Part shown: one piece after another, positions 1 to 13,550 of the stretch
How the letters are laid out: every line of letters begins with the position of its first letter
How positions within the stretch are numbered: the stretch's first letter is position 1
Assembly (NCBI GenBank): GCA_030704615.1
Contig: CM060733.1
Coordinates: 62,992,001-63,056,000 of the forward strand
DNA length: 64,000 nt
Direction of reading: 5' to 3'
DNA from: Takakia lepidozioides
Lineage: Eukaryota > Plantae > Bryophyta
Notes under the pieces: generated by a model
Databases searched by the model: none
What the model was told of the DNA's origin: nothing
The model's input: only the letters and a program-made list of their open reading frames with translations
Position numbers and translations under genes: made by a program

Positions 1-2015
1 AACAGTGGGGCTTGGGGCCGGACAGGCAGGAAATGCTGATGCGGACTGCCTCCAGATCGAAGAATCCTCGCAAGTGGGCGGCAGCCTTGCGAGAGGGCCT
101 TTGGGACACGCCATTGCTTCGAAGAGGCCAACACTTGGAATGAGATGTTCACACCCGTCCAGTGAGACGAAGACTTGACGAGGCACCTGGCGGAGAAGAG
201 GATTCATGGCGAGCTGACAAGAATATTCGCACGCTCCCTCGTGGTCCGGTGATGTTGCCCGAGGAGGTCTCGTCGAGCACCGCAAGTCCTGCACGTTCAA
301 GATCGCCATCTCCTTTGAGCACAGGGCGCGTGCCCCGGCAACATAACGAGCCATCTGTAGTAAAGCAGTACAACATTCCCATTGTGGAGACAAGAGTGTC
401 AAAGTCACAGTGGAGAATTGCGAGGACATTGCCGGGATTTCGAGGGAAGTGCTGCGCCATCCGGGTGGATACGAGAGCACGCTGTGGTGAGATGATTCGG
501 AGGAACCCACACGGTGCTGTACCTGCACCTTGTTTCAGCGGCAGATTTTTGACTCCCACATTCTCTCATGCCACAACGCAGACGTTTTGGTTCTGTAGGC
601 ACGACATAATGACCTGTGTATTTGGCAAGCCCAAGTACGAGATTCAGGGAATGCCGGAGCCTCCGGGCGTCTAGCCTGTTGCACCGGGTTGCAACCTCTC
701 TCAGAATGAGGCGGATGCTCTTTCTGCAGCAGGATTTTGAATGGTGCAACGCACAGACGTTCCGGCCCACTCGTTTCCAGTTCCTCAGACCCAGCCATTG
801 CAGACTGCTCGGTCCAGTAGAGACGGATTGGACAATTCTGCACATCCCACACTGCGATTCGGAAGAGTGAAGAGACGACACCCTCCCAACAAGTTGAATG
901 AGACTCGGATTGCCAATGCTCTTGGGATGGCTTGCACTATTCAGAGCTCCGTGGACGTACCCCCACCCGGCCTTGGGCGTGTTTATCGGATTGCAACGGC
1001 CGGCTCAGCTGTACGCGACGACGTATACACAATTACGATTGGAGTGGAGCCGACTTGCAATTATACGGACTTCTCATTGATGGAAACAAATAAGGGGTCA
1101 AAGTATTATCCGTGCAAACATCTGTATTACATTTACCTGAAGAGGTTGAGGATGAACTTGACTATTGATGACTTTATTCATGCACCAGCGTTGAGCGTGA
1201 ACGAGCTGCACAAACTCCTCTGCCGGGATTCCAGAAATCATTGATGGGGAAAAGGGAATCCACCATATGGATATTTGCAATTGCATTTTGATGCATTAGA
1301 CTTTGTTTTGCAATGTAATGAAATTGCACCCCAAAACTCCTGGAATGAGACAGACAATATTAAAGTGATGTCTTTTAAACACTAGGGACTGCTGGATATC
1401 CGTTGACGTCCAGTGGCAATTCAATGTCGAAACAAAATCAATACAAAGATGGCGGTAGGAAAAATTTGCAAATCTTCCAGAAAACTGAGTTCCAACAGTT
1501 GCAGTTGAGGGGGCCATTTCTGGAAAAATGGCGCCGACTTTCCCTTTTTTGGGCCGAAAACTGGCTAAGTCCCAACATTGTCTGGAAACGATGTCTGGAA
1601 AAATGGCGCCGAATTTCCAGTTACATGGCCCAGAACTGCCCAACATTTGTGCAATGCCCGGCACCATGTACCGAAATTCGGCGCCACATTTCCAAATTTT
1701 GGGCTTACACTTCAATGAAGTTGGGACCTATAACCGCGAAATTCGGCACCATTTTTCGCCGGAGACACCTATTACCGCGCAATACGTCGCCGATTTTTCT
1801 GCTTGCGGAACCTATTACCGTGAAATTCGGCGCCATTTTTGCAAATGTCGCTCAGAATTCGCATGAGCGGAAGACGAAATATCATGAGCACGGCTCTCAA
1901 AACTACAATTTCTACTTCAAACAATGAATATTATATTGTTTTTTCCTGACACATCCCCATTAAAATAATGTTTTTAATGTTTTTTATTTGCAGAATTTGT
2001 TCTTCTAGGCATGAA
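1..2015 (+). mobile_element. MULE subfamily A copy 1, 3' part (degenerate transposase C-terminus with SWIM finger plus subterminal repeats)
   Basis: Closely matches 43795-45820. In-frame stops at 141-143, 672-674 and 738-740. SWIM reads CNYTDF...CKH (CNCTDF in the other copies); coding ends at 1244. AAAATGGCGCCGAATTTC-type repeats at 1525-1840. The last TIR bases are missing. Confidence 0.85.
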
Positions 2016-2469
2016 CACTAGAGGGTCGGAAGTAAGCATCACGGCAGGCCTCCATGCGACCGGTGAATGGTGCAAACACAGATATGAAAGCGAATGAAGT
2101 GACAAGCTCAAGGGCATTTGGTCACCCTCCAGGGATGATAATAAAAGAAGACAAACAATGTGTCTAGACAAATCTCAATGACGAATCTCCATTTGTGCCA
2201 GGTTTTCTCTTCCGCTGCAGCCTGGGATAAATGGTGTACTGACTGGATGGATTGTCATGGGTTGTAGGCCCCTTTGTTTTACTTACAGATTCACTCAACC
2301 AGCTAACTTGCAGAATTCAACATGGAAATTTAGGGCAGATTCTGATAAGAGGGAAAAACAGGGTGAAATCTGTTGAAGAAAGCAGTGCCTGATTTTATCA
2401 ATTGTGTCGCTGTTGCTGCGGCTTCCAGTTGACCATCTACCCATGCAGGTTTCTTGTCTGGGATGGAAC

Positions 2470-2730
2470 TTGCCTGCTAAGACCAAGCTGAATCTCCCAA
2501 GAACCTTGTAAACATCAGGAAGAATTGACCTTGTGTCATGACCCATGCAGGATTTGATCGACCATCAACCCAAAAGGACCTCTCGTGTGTGTTGCTTATG
2601 TATGTAGTCAGGTACTGTCAGTTGGTTTGTGAGAACCACCACGGTGCAGCTGAGCAGGCAGAGACTGAAAAACGACCTGCTAAGACCAAGCTGAATCTCC
2701 TAAGAACCTTGTAAACATCAGGAAGAATAC
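2470..2730. repeat. Dispersed repeat of unknown family, also present (partly tandem) at 23640-24060
   Basis: CCTGCTAAGACCAAGCT...AACCTTGTAAACATCA occurs near 2473, 2677 and 24001. GACCTTGTGTCATGACCCATG...ACCATCAACCCAA...GACCTCTCGTGT occurs near 2527, 23665 and 23850. Confidence 0.7.
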
Positions 2731-3717
2731 CACCTACGATCGGTGTGTGAAACCCCTCCGCGCTTGAGCACGCGATGCCCCCGCCCTGCAAGACAGTTTG
2801 GGCAGTCCGGGCAGATATAAAAAAAATGACGACAATGATGACGTGTCTACGATGACCTGGCTACGATGATGTGGCGACGATGACGTGGCACTATGGCACC
2901 CTATTCCTACTCTATGCTAAACTAGCTTCCGACCTTCGGTCGTCGCTAGAACTAGGGATTCGCGTTGCTCCGCACTACTAGCGACGAATTCTGAAAACTA
3001 CGTTCAATTTTTCACAAAAAAAGGGTGGGTCATCCCCACAGTGTTACATGCAAAGATCCCGTGTATTGTTTATTTCTGGAAGAAAAATGGAGGATCTGCA
3101 TTTCAATGTTCAATTTTCACAAAAAGAGGTATGTCATCCCCATGGTGTTGCATACATACATCCTACATTTTATTGTTTTTCGTAAGAAAAATTGTAAACA
3201 TTTTCATTGCCAGCTCTCTCAGTGGTTCAGAGTCTTCCCTTGTTTGATGAGAGGTAGGGCCTACTCGGGGATGCTATAAATGACCTTGAAAAAAGAGTGA
3301 AAATTATTGTCATATGCAAAAGTTAGTGGGATCCATCTGAGCCTGGTAAGCAGTGAAGGGTTAACGGGTTAACTGGATACGTGCTTTTATATTTTACCAA
3401 TATAATCCATTTATTTTTTTTCATTTATTTTATTTTATCTCCAAAAATATTTTATGCTTAATACACTCAGAGTTATATTAAAAACTCTTACCCAACAGTC
3501 AGTAGCTCAGGCAGGGACTGTGAGCAGTAGAATCCCCAGTGTTCAGCCACCCTCCGTTAATGATTTTTGTTGAATCTGTCAAACCCTCATCTGATCCTCC
3601 AGCCTTCTCTGGCAGTACATGATGGTTAAGACTCTCAGGAAATGGTGGATGGTTTGAGTAGCTACACAGATCAATGAATGAAGCAAGACACTTGCATCTT
3701 GCCAAGAAAGCATCCTT

Positions 3718-4885
3718 TCACTTGTAATCACCACAAGAACAAATCCCATCTTCAAAGTGGTGAAAGCGGTTAGCGTCCCATACAACAATTGCTCAGCCAA
3801 CAATCTTTGAGATGAATTTGGTGGAGGTGTGGCAGTCACCACACACTCGAAGATTCTTGATGAGATGGAGAGGCGTCCTAGGGGTCGTGCTGATCAGCCC
3901 AAAACCAATGGCCAGCTTCTCACTGTGGTAGCAAAGAGAAAATTCATTTTCCCCCTCCCCCACATCATGCAATACAAAGCGCGTGTCAGGCACACACCCC
4001 GCCTCATTTCATCTGCCCATACAATCTTCTCAGCTCAGCATGGATTTCCTTAATTCTTGGATGCAACTTGTCAACAGCGAAGGTGTGCACCCTATTGCCA
4101 ACCTCAATGCAGCAGCGACCTGACTCCTTTCTAACCCCTTTGACCTTCATCATTCTTCTCACCTTTGCAGTATCATCCCACCTGCCAGCTGCAGCATACA
4201 TGTTTGATATCAATACATAAGTCGCGGCATCCTGTTCATCCCATTTGAGGATAGATGTTGCCGCACATTCAGCCATCTCCACATTGCCATGGATTCTGTA
4301 GGCACCAAGCAAGGCCTTCCACACCACAACATTTGGATTGATTGGCATCTTATTAATCAGATCCACTGCCTCATCCAGTTGTCCAAGAAGGTCCACCATA
4401 CAGCCAAAGTGCTTTACTGTCAGAGTGACACCATGATCTTGATTTCCTTCATTTAGTAGGCCAGTGTGGCCGCATGTACAGAGAACATATATAAAGGTGA
4501 GACTGTCTGGCTTCAAGCCATTCTTTTGCATTCCTTCAAATAGTCGCAGGACCTCCCTATGACAACCATGCTGGGCATATCCTGCGATCATCGCATTCCA
4601 CGACACCACATTTCGATCAGCCATATTGTCGAACACTCCCTTCGCATCGTCAATGCACCCACATTTGGCATACATGTCCACCAAGGCAGTGTACAATTCC
4701 AGCTTTGACGATGTCACCATGGACCTCTTTGCCCTCTTCCAGGGCTGCCAGGCTTGCACAGGCATTGCAAACGGAAACAAACGTGATGTGGTCGGGGTTC
4801 ATTGGGCATCGCTTCTGGCATCAGGGAGAGGAGCACAAACTTGAGCACAGGGATGGAGAGCACACGGAGGAGGAGTGATGATCTG
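3718..4885 (-). pseudogene. PLS-class PPR protein with E/E+ and DYW deaminase domains (organellar C-to-U editing factor), pseudogene
   Basis: PPR motifs (TALVDMYAKCG, NVVSWNAMIAGYAQHG, HFGCMVDLLG), E domain, then [11 protein letters not shown]...[10 protein letters not shown]...DANRFHHFEDGICSCGDYK*. Frameshift near 4000-4070, premature TGA at 3793-3795, internal deletions, 5' end missing. Confidence 0.92.
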
Positions 4886-5048
4886 TTGATGCTTGATACA
4901 TGCAAGCTGTAGAGATGTACCGTAGGGTAGAATAGAGACACTGGTCATGGCTTCGGCCTGATACATGATAGATATAAATCTGATTCCTATTTCATACTCA
5001 CAATGTGTAGAGAGATCTTAGTGAAGCTGTGGAATGAATGCTTGAGTA

Positions 5049-8048
5049 GAGGTTAGCTATTTCATGAGCATGAGCGGCATGAGCGGAGTAGTAAGACAAT
5101 CGGTTTTTATGAGCAGAAGTACAAATTTCGAAAATAAAAAACAATTTAAAAAAACAATTAAAAACATTAATTTAATGCAATGTGTCAGGATAAACAAATA
5201 TATTATTCGGCCCCTTGAAGGGAAAATTGTAGTTTTGACAGTTGTGCTCATGATATTTCGTCTTCCGCTCATGCTAATTCCCAGCGACATGTGCAAATAT
5301 GGCGCCGAATTTCGCGGTAATAGGGTCCGTAACCTGAAAAAACGACGACGTATTTCGCAGTAATAGGTCATTCTGGCGAAAAATGGTGCCGAATTCCGCG
5401 GCTATAGGTCCCCTCATGACAGGTAATTCGGCGCCATTTTTCCAGTGCATGTTCGGACTTAGCCAGTTTTCAGCGCAAAATAGAGAAATTCGGCGCCATT
5501 TTTCCAGACACTGTACCAGTGCATGTTGGGACTTAGCCAGTTTTCGGCCCCAAAAAGAGAAATTCGGCGCCATTTTTCCAGAAATGGCCCCACAACTGCT
5601 TCTGTTGGATCTCAGTTTGAATGGAATATTGCCTCATTCCAGGAGTTTTGGGGTGCATTTCATTACACTGCAAAAAAAAATCTGATACAGCAAAATGCAA
5701 TTGAAAATATCCATATGGAGGATTCCCTTTGCCCCATGAATGATTTCTGGAATCCCTAAGGAGGAGTTTGTGCAGCTCGTTCACGCTCAACGCCGGTGCA
5801 TGAATAAAGTCATCAATAGTCACGTTCATCCTCAACCTCTTCAGGTAAATGTAATACAGATGTTTGCACGGATAATACTTCGAACCCTTCTTTGCTTCCA
5901 TCAACGAGAAGTCCGTACAATTGCAAGTCGGCTCCACTCCAATCGTAATTGTGTATACGTCGTCGCGTACAGCCGAGCCGGCCGTTGCCATCCGATACAC
6001 ACGCCCAAGGCTGGGTGGGGGTACGTCCACGGAGCTCTGAATAGTGCAAGCCATCCCAAGAGCATTGGCAATCCGAGTCTCATTCAACTTGTTGGGAGGG
6101 TGTCGTCTCTTCACTCTTCCGAATCGCATTGTGGGATGTGTAGAATTGTCCAATCCGTCTCTACTGGACCGAGCAGTCTGCAATGGCTAGGTCTGAGGAA
6201 CCGGAAATGCGTGGGCCGGGATGTCTATGCGTTGCACCATTCGAAATCTTGCTGCAGATAGAGCATCCGCCTCATTCTGAGAGAGGTTGCAACCCGGTGC
6301 AACAGGCCAGACGTCCGGAGGCTCCGGCATTCCCTGAATCCCGTACTTGGGCTTGCCAAATACACAGGTCATTATGTCGTGCCTACAGAACCAAAATGTC
6401 TGCGTTGTGGCGTGAGCAAATGTGGGAGTCAAAAATCTGCCGCTGAAACAAGGTGCAGGTACAGCACCGTGTGGGTTCCTCCGAATCATCTCACCACAAC
6501 GTGCTCTCGTATCCACCCGGATGGCGCAGCACTTCCCTCGAAATCCCGGCAATGTCCTCGCAATTCTCCACTGTGACTTCGACACTCTTGTCTCCACAAT
6601 GGGAATGTTGTACTGCTTTACTACAGATGGCTCGTTATGTTGCCGGGGCACGCGCCCTGTGCTCAAAGGAGATGGTGATCTTGAACGTGCAGGACTTGCG
6701 GTGCTCGACGAGACCTCCTCGGGCAACATCACCGGACCACGAGGGAGCGTGCGAATATTCTTGTCAGCTCGCCATGAATCCTCTTCTCCGCCAGGTGCCT
6801 CGTCAAGTCTTCGTCTCACTGGACGGGTATGAACATCTCCTTTCAAATGTTGGCCTCTTCGTAGCAATGGCGTGTCCCGAAGGCCCTCTCGCAAGGCCGC
6901 CGCCCACTTCCGAGGATTCTTCGATCTAGAGGCAGTCCGCATCAGCATTTCCTGCCCTCACAAGCCCCAAGCCCCACTGTTTCCCTTTCAAGAACTCGTT
7001 GTACCTGCTTTGCTGCATAATTGACCTCACAATGTCCTCCGTTGTGGCAGTGAGGATGTCCACCAGATGCGCCGCAGAGGAGGCACGCCAGGAAGAGTGC
7101 ACTGATTCGGCCATGTTTGTCGTGGGCATGTCGGTGTCAGAGTCAAGACACATTTCCTGCACAAGCACATGTTGAGGTTACAAGCAAGTTACAAATATGG
7201 CCAAGAATAATATTCAACGGGACGCGAATTCGTGCAACTCACCTCCCGCATATAGTCGCCGAACTGGAGGAAACGATAATGCCACCATGCTAGCCAACTG
7301 ACCATTGCTCCCTCGTCTGATTTCCTTACAGCACCTGACGATGTCCACCAAGCTCGTATACATGCAAACTGTGTCTCTGCATCATCCAAGGTGGGAGCGC
7401 GCTTCCACGCAAGGCACATGGAACGGTGCTCCTCTCTGAAATCTAGCGCCACAAGCCTAGTTGTGTACTGCGAAAGGCTCTGCAGAAAATGGAACCCACA
7501 AGATCTCTCCTTGCCTTCCATGGGAACATTGGGGTCTTGCCCATACACCCTTCGGATGGCAGCCCAATTTGCTTGTGCATTGTCCGCCATGAAACCACGG
7601 AAATTGGGAGGGGGCAATCCCGCCTTGGCCATCTGTTCGTTTATTCCCTGCCAAAGAAGCATCTCCGATTGTGTGTCCTCTCCTTTCATCTCACAAATAG
7701 CAATTGTCATTAGCATCCTGCAGTGGGTGTCGTAGACATGTGCACCTATTGTCACCCACTGGTGATTTGTAATTCGCTTGATATGGTCGAACATGACCCA
7801 ACTCTTTGACAAGTCCCCACTCGTCATCATGTCGACCAGTTCGACGCCGCTGCCAGGTCCACACGTGGACATTTTGAATACGAAACAACGATCTGCCTCA
7901 GTCCCTTGTCCTGGAAACCTACTTCCATGAATGTAGTCATATCCACATCGTCGCTTCACCTCCAGAATGGAGTGCATATCCGAGCCACGCCCAATTTTCT
8001 GTTTGCATGAGACAATGTGGTTTCGGACATTCGGTGAACATACGTGGG
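5049..8048 (-). mobile_element. MULE subfamily A copy 2 (right TIR plus 3' two-thirds of the transposase), truncated at an LTR
   Basis: Starts with GAGGTTAGCTATTTCATGAGCATGAGCGG (right TIR). ORFs 7189-7977 (MFD...MADNA...CGFH), 6926-7168 (TTNMAES), 6187-6948 and 5533-6183 (SWIM CNCTDF...CKH). Similarity to 42730-45888 stops abruptly at 8048. Confidence 0.92.
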
Positions 8049-8997
8049 TGTCGCGCGGCTTTTACTCACCCATCCCTTCACTATTCGAGGTGGAAACTCC
8101 AAGATAGAAGAGTTGGAAATCTCTAAGTACTCAGCCCGCGCAGAACAATCAGTCATGACCTACAGCTAGTGTATCATGGGGGTGTTTCCTATTTGTTTCC
8201 CTTTTGACATTCATGTTAGCTATCTTACCATTGATAATTAAGTATCAGTTTGCTTTATCAATCTATTGGATTCCATCAACTCATCCATTCATTCCACAGC
8301 TTCACTCAGATCTCTCTACACAGTGTGATTGTATCGTAAAAGTATCCGATTATGATTTATCAGGTATCAGGCCGAAGCCATTGTGTCTCTAATCTGCTCT
8401 ACAATATCATTACAGCCTTGCATATATCAAGCATCTACTCATCATCTCTCTATCTTCACTTCCGTTCTTCATCTCTGCCCGATCCCCTCTCCTCCATGAC
8501 CAAGAAGTCCTCCTCCGAATGATATCTCCAAAATTCCCCGCTTCTCCCTTTATCTTCCTACCCGTGGTTCTAACCGTTTCCCTCACTAACCGTCGTCTGT
8601 GAACTAACATGTTCCCTTCGCAGGTGTTGTTTCCCACAGTCGTTCCCTGTCTTGCTCTCCGTTCCCTATGATCGTGACAGCTGTGTCAAGCTGTGACTGG
8701 CTGTGTGAAACTGTGACGGGCTGTGACTGGCTGTGCGACTGTGTTTGGCTGTGTCGGGCTGTGACTGGCTGTGTGGCTGTGTCGGCTGTGCCAGGCTGTG
8801 TCGGTTGTGATGGCTGTGACGACTGTGACGGGCTGTGTTGGCTGTGTCGGCTGTGACGACTGTGACGGGTTGTGTAACCCCCCTCTACAGTGCGCTGCTG
8901 TCACCCCTAAGGCTCCTGTTGGTCTCAGTCTGTGCAAAAATTAAGGGTACCCTACAGATCCCGTATAAGTGTCTAAGTCCCCGACAGTCCTCTAACA
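8049..8997 (-). mobile_element. 3' LTR (~950 bp) of a Ty3/Gypsy element
   Basis: Minus strand runs TGTTAGAGG...CGCGACA, preceded by the polypurine tract GGGGGGGGAAGGGG (plus 9001-9014). Contains a CTGTG-rich low-complexity repeat at 8670-8870. Confidence 0.75.
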
Positions 8998-9035
8998 TTA
9001 CCCCTTCCCCCCCCAAAAAGCCGTGTCCTCACGGT

Positions 9036-12000
9036 TTACTGATTTTGATTAGCAAACCTTTGTGAGTGAGCACCTTTTTGACGTTGAGAGTTTCGTGGCG
9101 GACTGTGTGTACGAGCTCGAGGTCTGTCTCTGGTTGACGGAGATGGTTGATCACTACCTGGATAAGTGAGGCCCTCTGGAGGCTGATATCGAGGTAACCT
9201 TTCCGGCATAGGAGACCCCCGTCGCTTCTTCTCTGCCATCTGAACTGCATAGTCTTCTCCCATGTCAAAAGAATTTGGTGAAGAAACAGTTGTATCAGAA
9301 TCCTCATCGCCTCTCAGGTGTTTTAATTTTCGAACTTTTTGTGGAATCCTCTGGGGCATACAATGTTGTCCTACCATGTCTGGAAGTTTATATTTTACAA
9401 CTTGGTGTAACCGCTGAACAGCAAAATTGGTGTAGACACTGAGCTCCTTGTCTGTCCAGGTGAGTGGGGTACCAATTACTGGTGCAGCGTGCAAGTATTT
9501 CCATGCCACATGTCCCTTATAGAAAATATCATCAATGCCAAATTTTTGTGTTGACAAATTGTTCCAGGCCGCTTGAAACCATGAACGAATTTGAGAATCC
9601 TTTTGCATCATAACTTTTGGGTCATATAGGTACATATGAGGTGACACCGAAGGTAATACCCAATGATCTCCACTGGAATAACTCAGAAAGCGTGTTTGCA
9701 TCTTTTGTTGCTCAATGTGATAACGTACCAGAAAACAAGCAGCGTAGTATAACCCGCATCCCATGACAATACTTGCTACCTCCTTGGTCTTGGTATAAAT
9801 GAGTCCATGTACAACCTGGAAAGCAATTAATTCCCTCAACATGGTACCTGCCTCGTGCCAGTACTGTGCAAAGTGATGATCCTCAATTGATCGATTGTTC
9901 GGAAGAACTTTAGTCCTAGTTGCCACTTGCAGCCAGATGCGCATGATTTGGTAGTAATGTGCGAATGACTGCGGAGGACTAAATTCTTTCCAAGCCAAAT
10001 CCAACATGATGGGAATTTGGTTGAAGGGCATAATCATAGCCCTACTATACTCCCTTGCAGCTGGAGTTTTAGGTGGGTTAAAAGCAGCATTGCCCCATAC
10101 CTCAGGCTGTGGTGACTGTGGTGTGGTTGTAGTAACAACAGGTTCAGCTACTGGTACAGTGACTTGTTGTGGTGTTGGTGGTACTGGCTCTTGTATCATT
10201 GGCATCTCCTGCACCTCCTGTGAAGACTGAAAAGCCAAAGTTCTGGCTTGTAAATAAGAAGCCATTAGCTGTTCCTGAGGGGTATAGACTCTTTTGTCGA
10301 TGTTTGAAGTGAGGTCCTCCACTTGAGTCTGCAGTCCGTCTACATCCTCCTGTAACTCTGCTATTTTACTATAGACATTGTTCTGCACTTGTAGTCTGAG
10401 CTCATTCATCTCGCTTTGGGTGAGTTTTCGTGGTGTTTTGCCCTCTACTGGCCCTTGTGCTAACCAGACCTGCATAAGGCTGTTATCCACCAAGTTGCTT
10501 GCGGTTCCCCTGAGAGTTTGCTCCTCTATTAGCTTGTACACTTCTAACTGCTGTTATAAAGCCTCCATGCGCTTCGCCTGAGGTTCAACCAAATTTGCAT
10601 AAGCAGCAGCCAGATTATTAGCTTCCCTCCAAGCCTTGTTATTGACCGCGATTTCATTTCTATTGGCCATGATCGTTTGGTGCAACTCCACGATGTGCTT
10701 CTCTTGATCAGCTTCAACCTGCCTGTATTGCTTGAAAGCATCCTCATTGCGACAGATTGTATTCTTCATATCGACAATGAGTTTCATTTGCTCAACATTC
10801 TCTTCTTCTGCCTTCGTACATTTTTCCGCTTGACTGTTTATTTCTTTTGTAGATTGGTCAAGCATAGTTGTGAATGTAGCACATTGTATCGCCATCCTGT
10901 CATGCACTGTCTGCAACTCCGTATGTAGTGCATTCACTTCTTGCAACTTGCTTTCATGCTGCACCTGCATTTGGTATAGCTGTTGCTTATGTGCTTCGTG
11001 CAACTGGTCTTGCGCGAGGCTTGCCTCAATCAATTGTTCCTTGGCCAATTGCAAAGCCGCTTCTGTATTTCCCAAGTCCTGCTGCATCTTGAGAGTGACA
11101 TCTTCATCGACCTTGTTTGCACACTCAGTGGCTAGTCGAGCCTCAAACTCCTTCCTGAGTTCCTCTCTCAAGGCTGTCAATTGGGTAGTTGGAACATGGG
11201 ATTTGACATAAGTCCCCAACAAATTAAGTGTCCTGCCTATGGAACTCATCAGCATTGCCTGTTGAGGGTCATCATGGTGAGGTTGCTGCTGTTCCTCCTG
11301 ATCCTCAACAGTGTGATGTCTCACGAACCACTCAGGCCATTGTCCCACCGGATTTTCTTCCTGAACCACTTCATCTATCACCGGTGCTACAGTGTCATGA
11401 CCTTCCGCCTGTGGTACCTCCGACACAGGTGTGTGTATTATATGCACCTCAGGATTTTCCTTGGGCAACTGTTGCACCTCTGGAATCTCTGTCTCCTTGA
11501 CCAGACCAGAATATTCATAGAGAAGGTCCCCTTCTCCATTTCTGTCACTATCTGTTCTGTAGTTGGAATATCTAACCCTTCTCTTTCCAAATCAATTATT
11601 TCTGGTTGAGCTGCATGGACAACTTGTGACCTTGTGACAAGTCGATCAGCTGGCTGTGATGGTTGTGATGCTGAAGTAACTTCCTCCTCCCTCTCTGAAG
11701 GTCCTGCTTCCAGTAATAGCATTTCTCTGTGCTGCTGTGCCCCTTCCTGCACATGAGCTTGGGAAACATTATCATGCGGAATCCGTGAAGCCAGTGGATC
11801 CGCCACTACAGTCTTTCCCCGTCTCTGCCTCTTAGTCTCGGGTTGCCCTGCTAGTCCACCCTCACTGTGTGAAGAGCCTTGCTCTTCCATTGCAGTGGTT
11901 TCTGGCTCAAACACTCCCATCTCCTTTCTTTCTTGCGCATCAAGTATGCCAGAATCAAGAATTATTTGAGCAATGATTGGGCCAGACACTATGATAGGAG

Positions 12001-12856
12001 ACTTTGCGGTAGTACCTTGTAATCTTTTCATCTCCTCCACTAGTGCGTTGTACATTATGTCCGCCCATTGTACCTCTTGTCCCTTCAGGCCTTTGAGTAT
12101 TTCCTCCGTGAAGGATCTGCTCAAATACTGTTGGTTCTGTTTCATGGCAATCATAACGTTCAATACCTAGCCTACCTCTTTTAGCCCTGGGTACACAGCC
12201 TTGGTACAAGCATAACCCTGAGTTTTAAAGAAACTCCCTTCTTGGAATAAGTCCCCTATTTGCAGTCTTGCCCTGTGTTCCTCCACATGCATCTGACCTG
12301 CTGGCAATCGAAACAATTGCTGGAGGTATAAGGGAGTAATCATTAATTCAACTCCCTTCACCGTTGTTGTTCCTGTCCTTGGCTCAAAGTTGTGCAAAAA
12401 TTGTAACATGTACTGTCTATGGTGTAATGTCCAATCTAGGCTTTGCAATCCTTGCAATCTCAGCTCCTCCAGTATCTGTATCGCCTGTGGGGTAGCAATC
12501 GTTTGTTTCTGCAGAATTGTGGTGCTCTTCACCCTGATTTCCTTCATTCCTCTCACTCTCTTCATTTTAGACTCACAGAACTGTTTTGGCTGTAACAACT
12601 GCAGAAATGCCTGTAGTGCACAAAGCATAAACGTATGGTTGCCACAGAAGGCTATGGGTAATTTCTTGTAAGCTTGCGGGGCTTGCAAGCATCGCTCAAG
12701 AGAAAAGCTTCGCTCTGTTCTTTCGTGTCTATGCTGCGTAAGTAATATTGCGAGCATATAATCTGTTAGTTCCTCCATAGTTTCCAAGCTATAACATTGA
12801 TGGTCTGTCCCGTCGAGACGCCCGTTACTCAGAACGACGCCGCCTCTTGCGCTCAA
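9036..12856 (-). pseudogene. Large additional ORF (about 1270 codons, broken into four ORFs) between pol and the 3' LTR, Athila/Tat-like
   Basis: ORFs 12167-12856, 11438-12163, 10554-11477 and 9036-10541 abut. The segment MLQFLHNF...TVKGVELMITPLYLQQLFRLP resembles the 'putative plant transposon protein' domain. Long Q/E/K-rich coiled coil. Stop lies just before the PPT. Confidence 0.6.
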
Positions 12857-13249
12857 TTTCCCTCCATTTTCTTGATCATTTCTCTGGTTTCTATTGGCTG
12901 TCTCCGCTGTGACTGGATTTTAGATTTTATTTTCTTTAGTGGACTTTCCCTGCTGGATATTCCACTAGGATCACACATGTGACAAGAATTTCGCTTTTCT
13001 GTACTTGCCGTTCGTTCCGTTTCCCTTTTTCCGTATTCATTAATGGGCCCGCCTTTCATCCCTTTTGACGGCCGTTCTTGTCCTCTTTCTTTATGACACC
13101 TGGTCTTGCACTTCCTTCTCAGCTGTGTGTCGCGCCCTGACCTCCACGTGTCTATTTTTAAACTAGTTTCCGTTTTTTTTTCCGTCAGCCATTTTCCTAA
13201 AGTTATTATGCGTCCACCTGTCACTGATTCTATGGATCGTGTAACCCTA

Positions 13250-13550
13250 GTAGGCTGTGTTGAGCTGTGACAGGCTGTGTCATACTGGGGTACACTGTGA
13301 TAGGCTGTGATGCACTGTGGTAAGCTGTGATAGGCTGTGATATGCTGTGGTAAGCTGTGATAGGCTGTGACACGCTGTGGTAGGTTGTGATAGGCTGTGT
13401 CGCGTCGTGCTGGGCTGTGATAGGCTGTGTCACATCGTGATGGGCTGTGATAGGCTGTGCTTTGCCTTGATTGGCTGTGATAGGCTGTGTCACGTCGTGA
13501 TGAGCTGTGATAGGCTGTGGTTCGCCTTGATGGGTGTGATAGGCTGTGTC
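13250..13550. repeat. Tandem repeat, ~21-30 bp units with core CTGTGATAGGCTGTG
   Basis: About 10 directly visible units, translating as QPITA repeats. Related to the CTGTG repeat inside the LTR. Confidence 0.85.
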
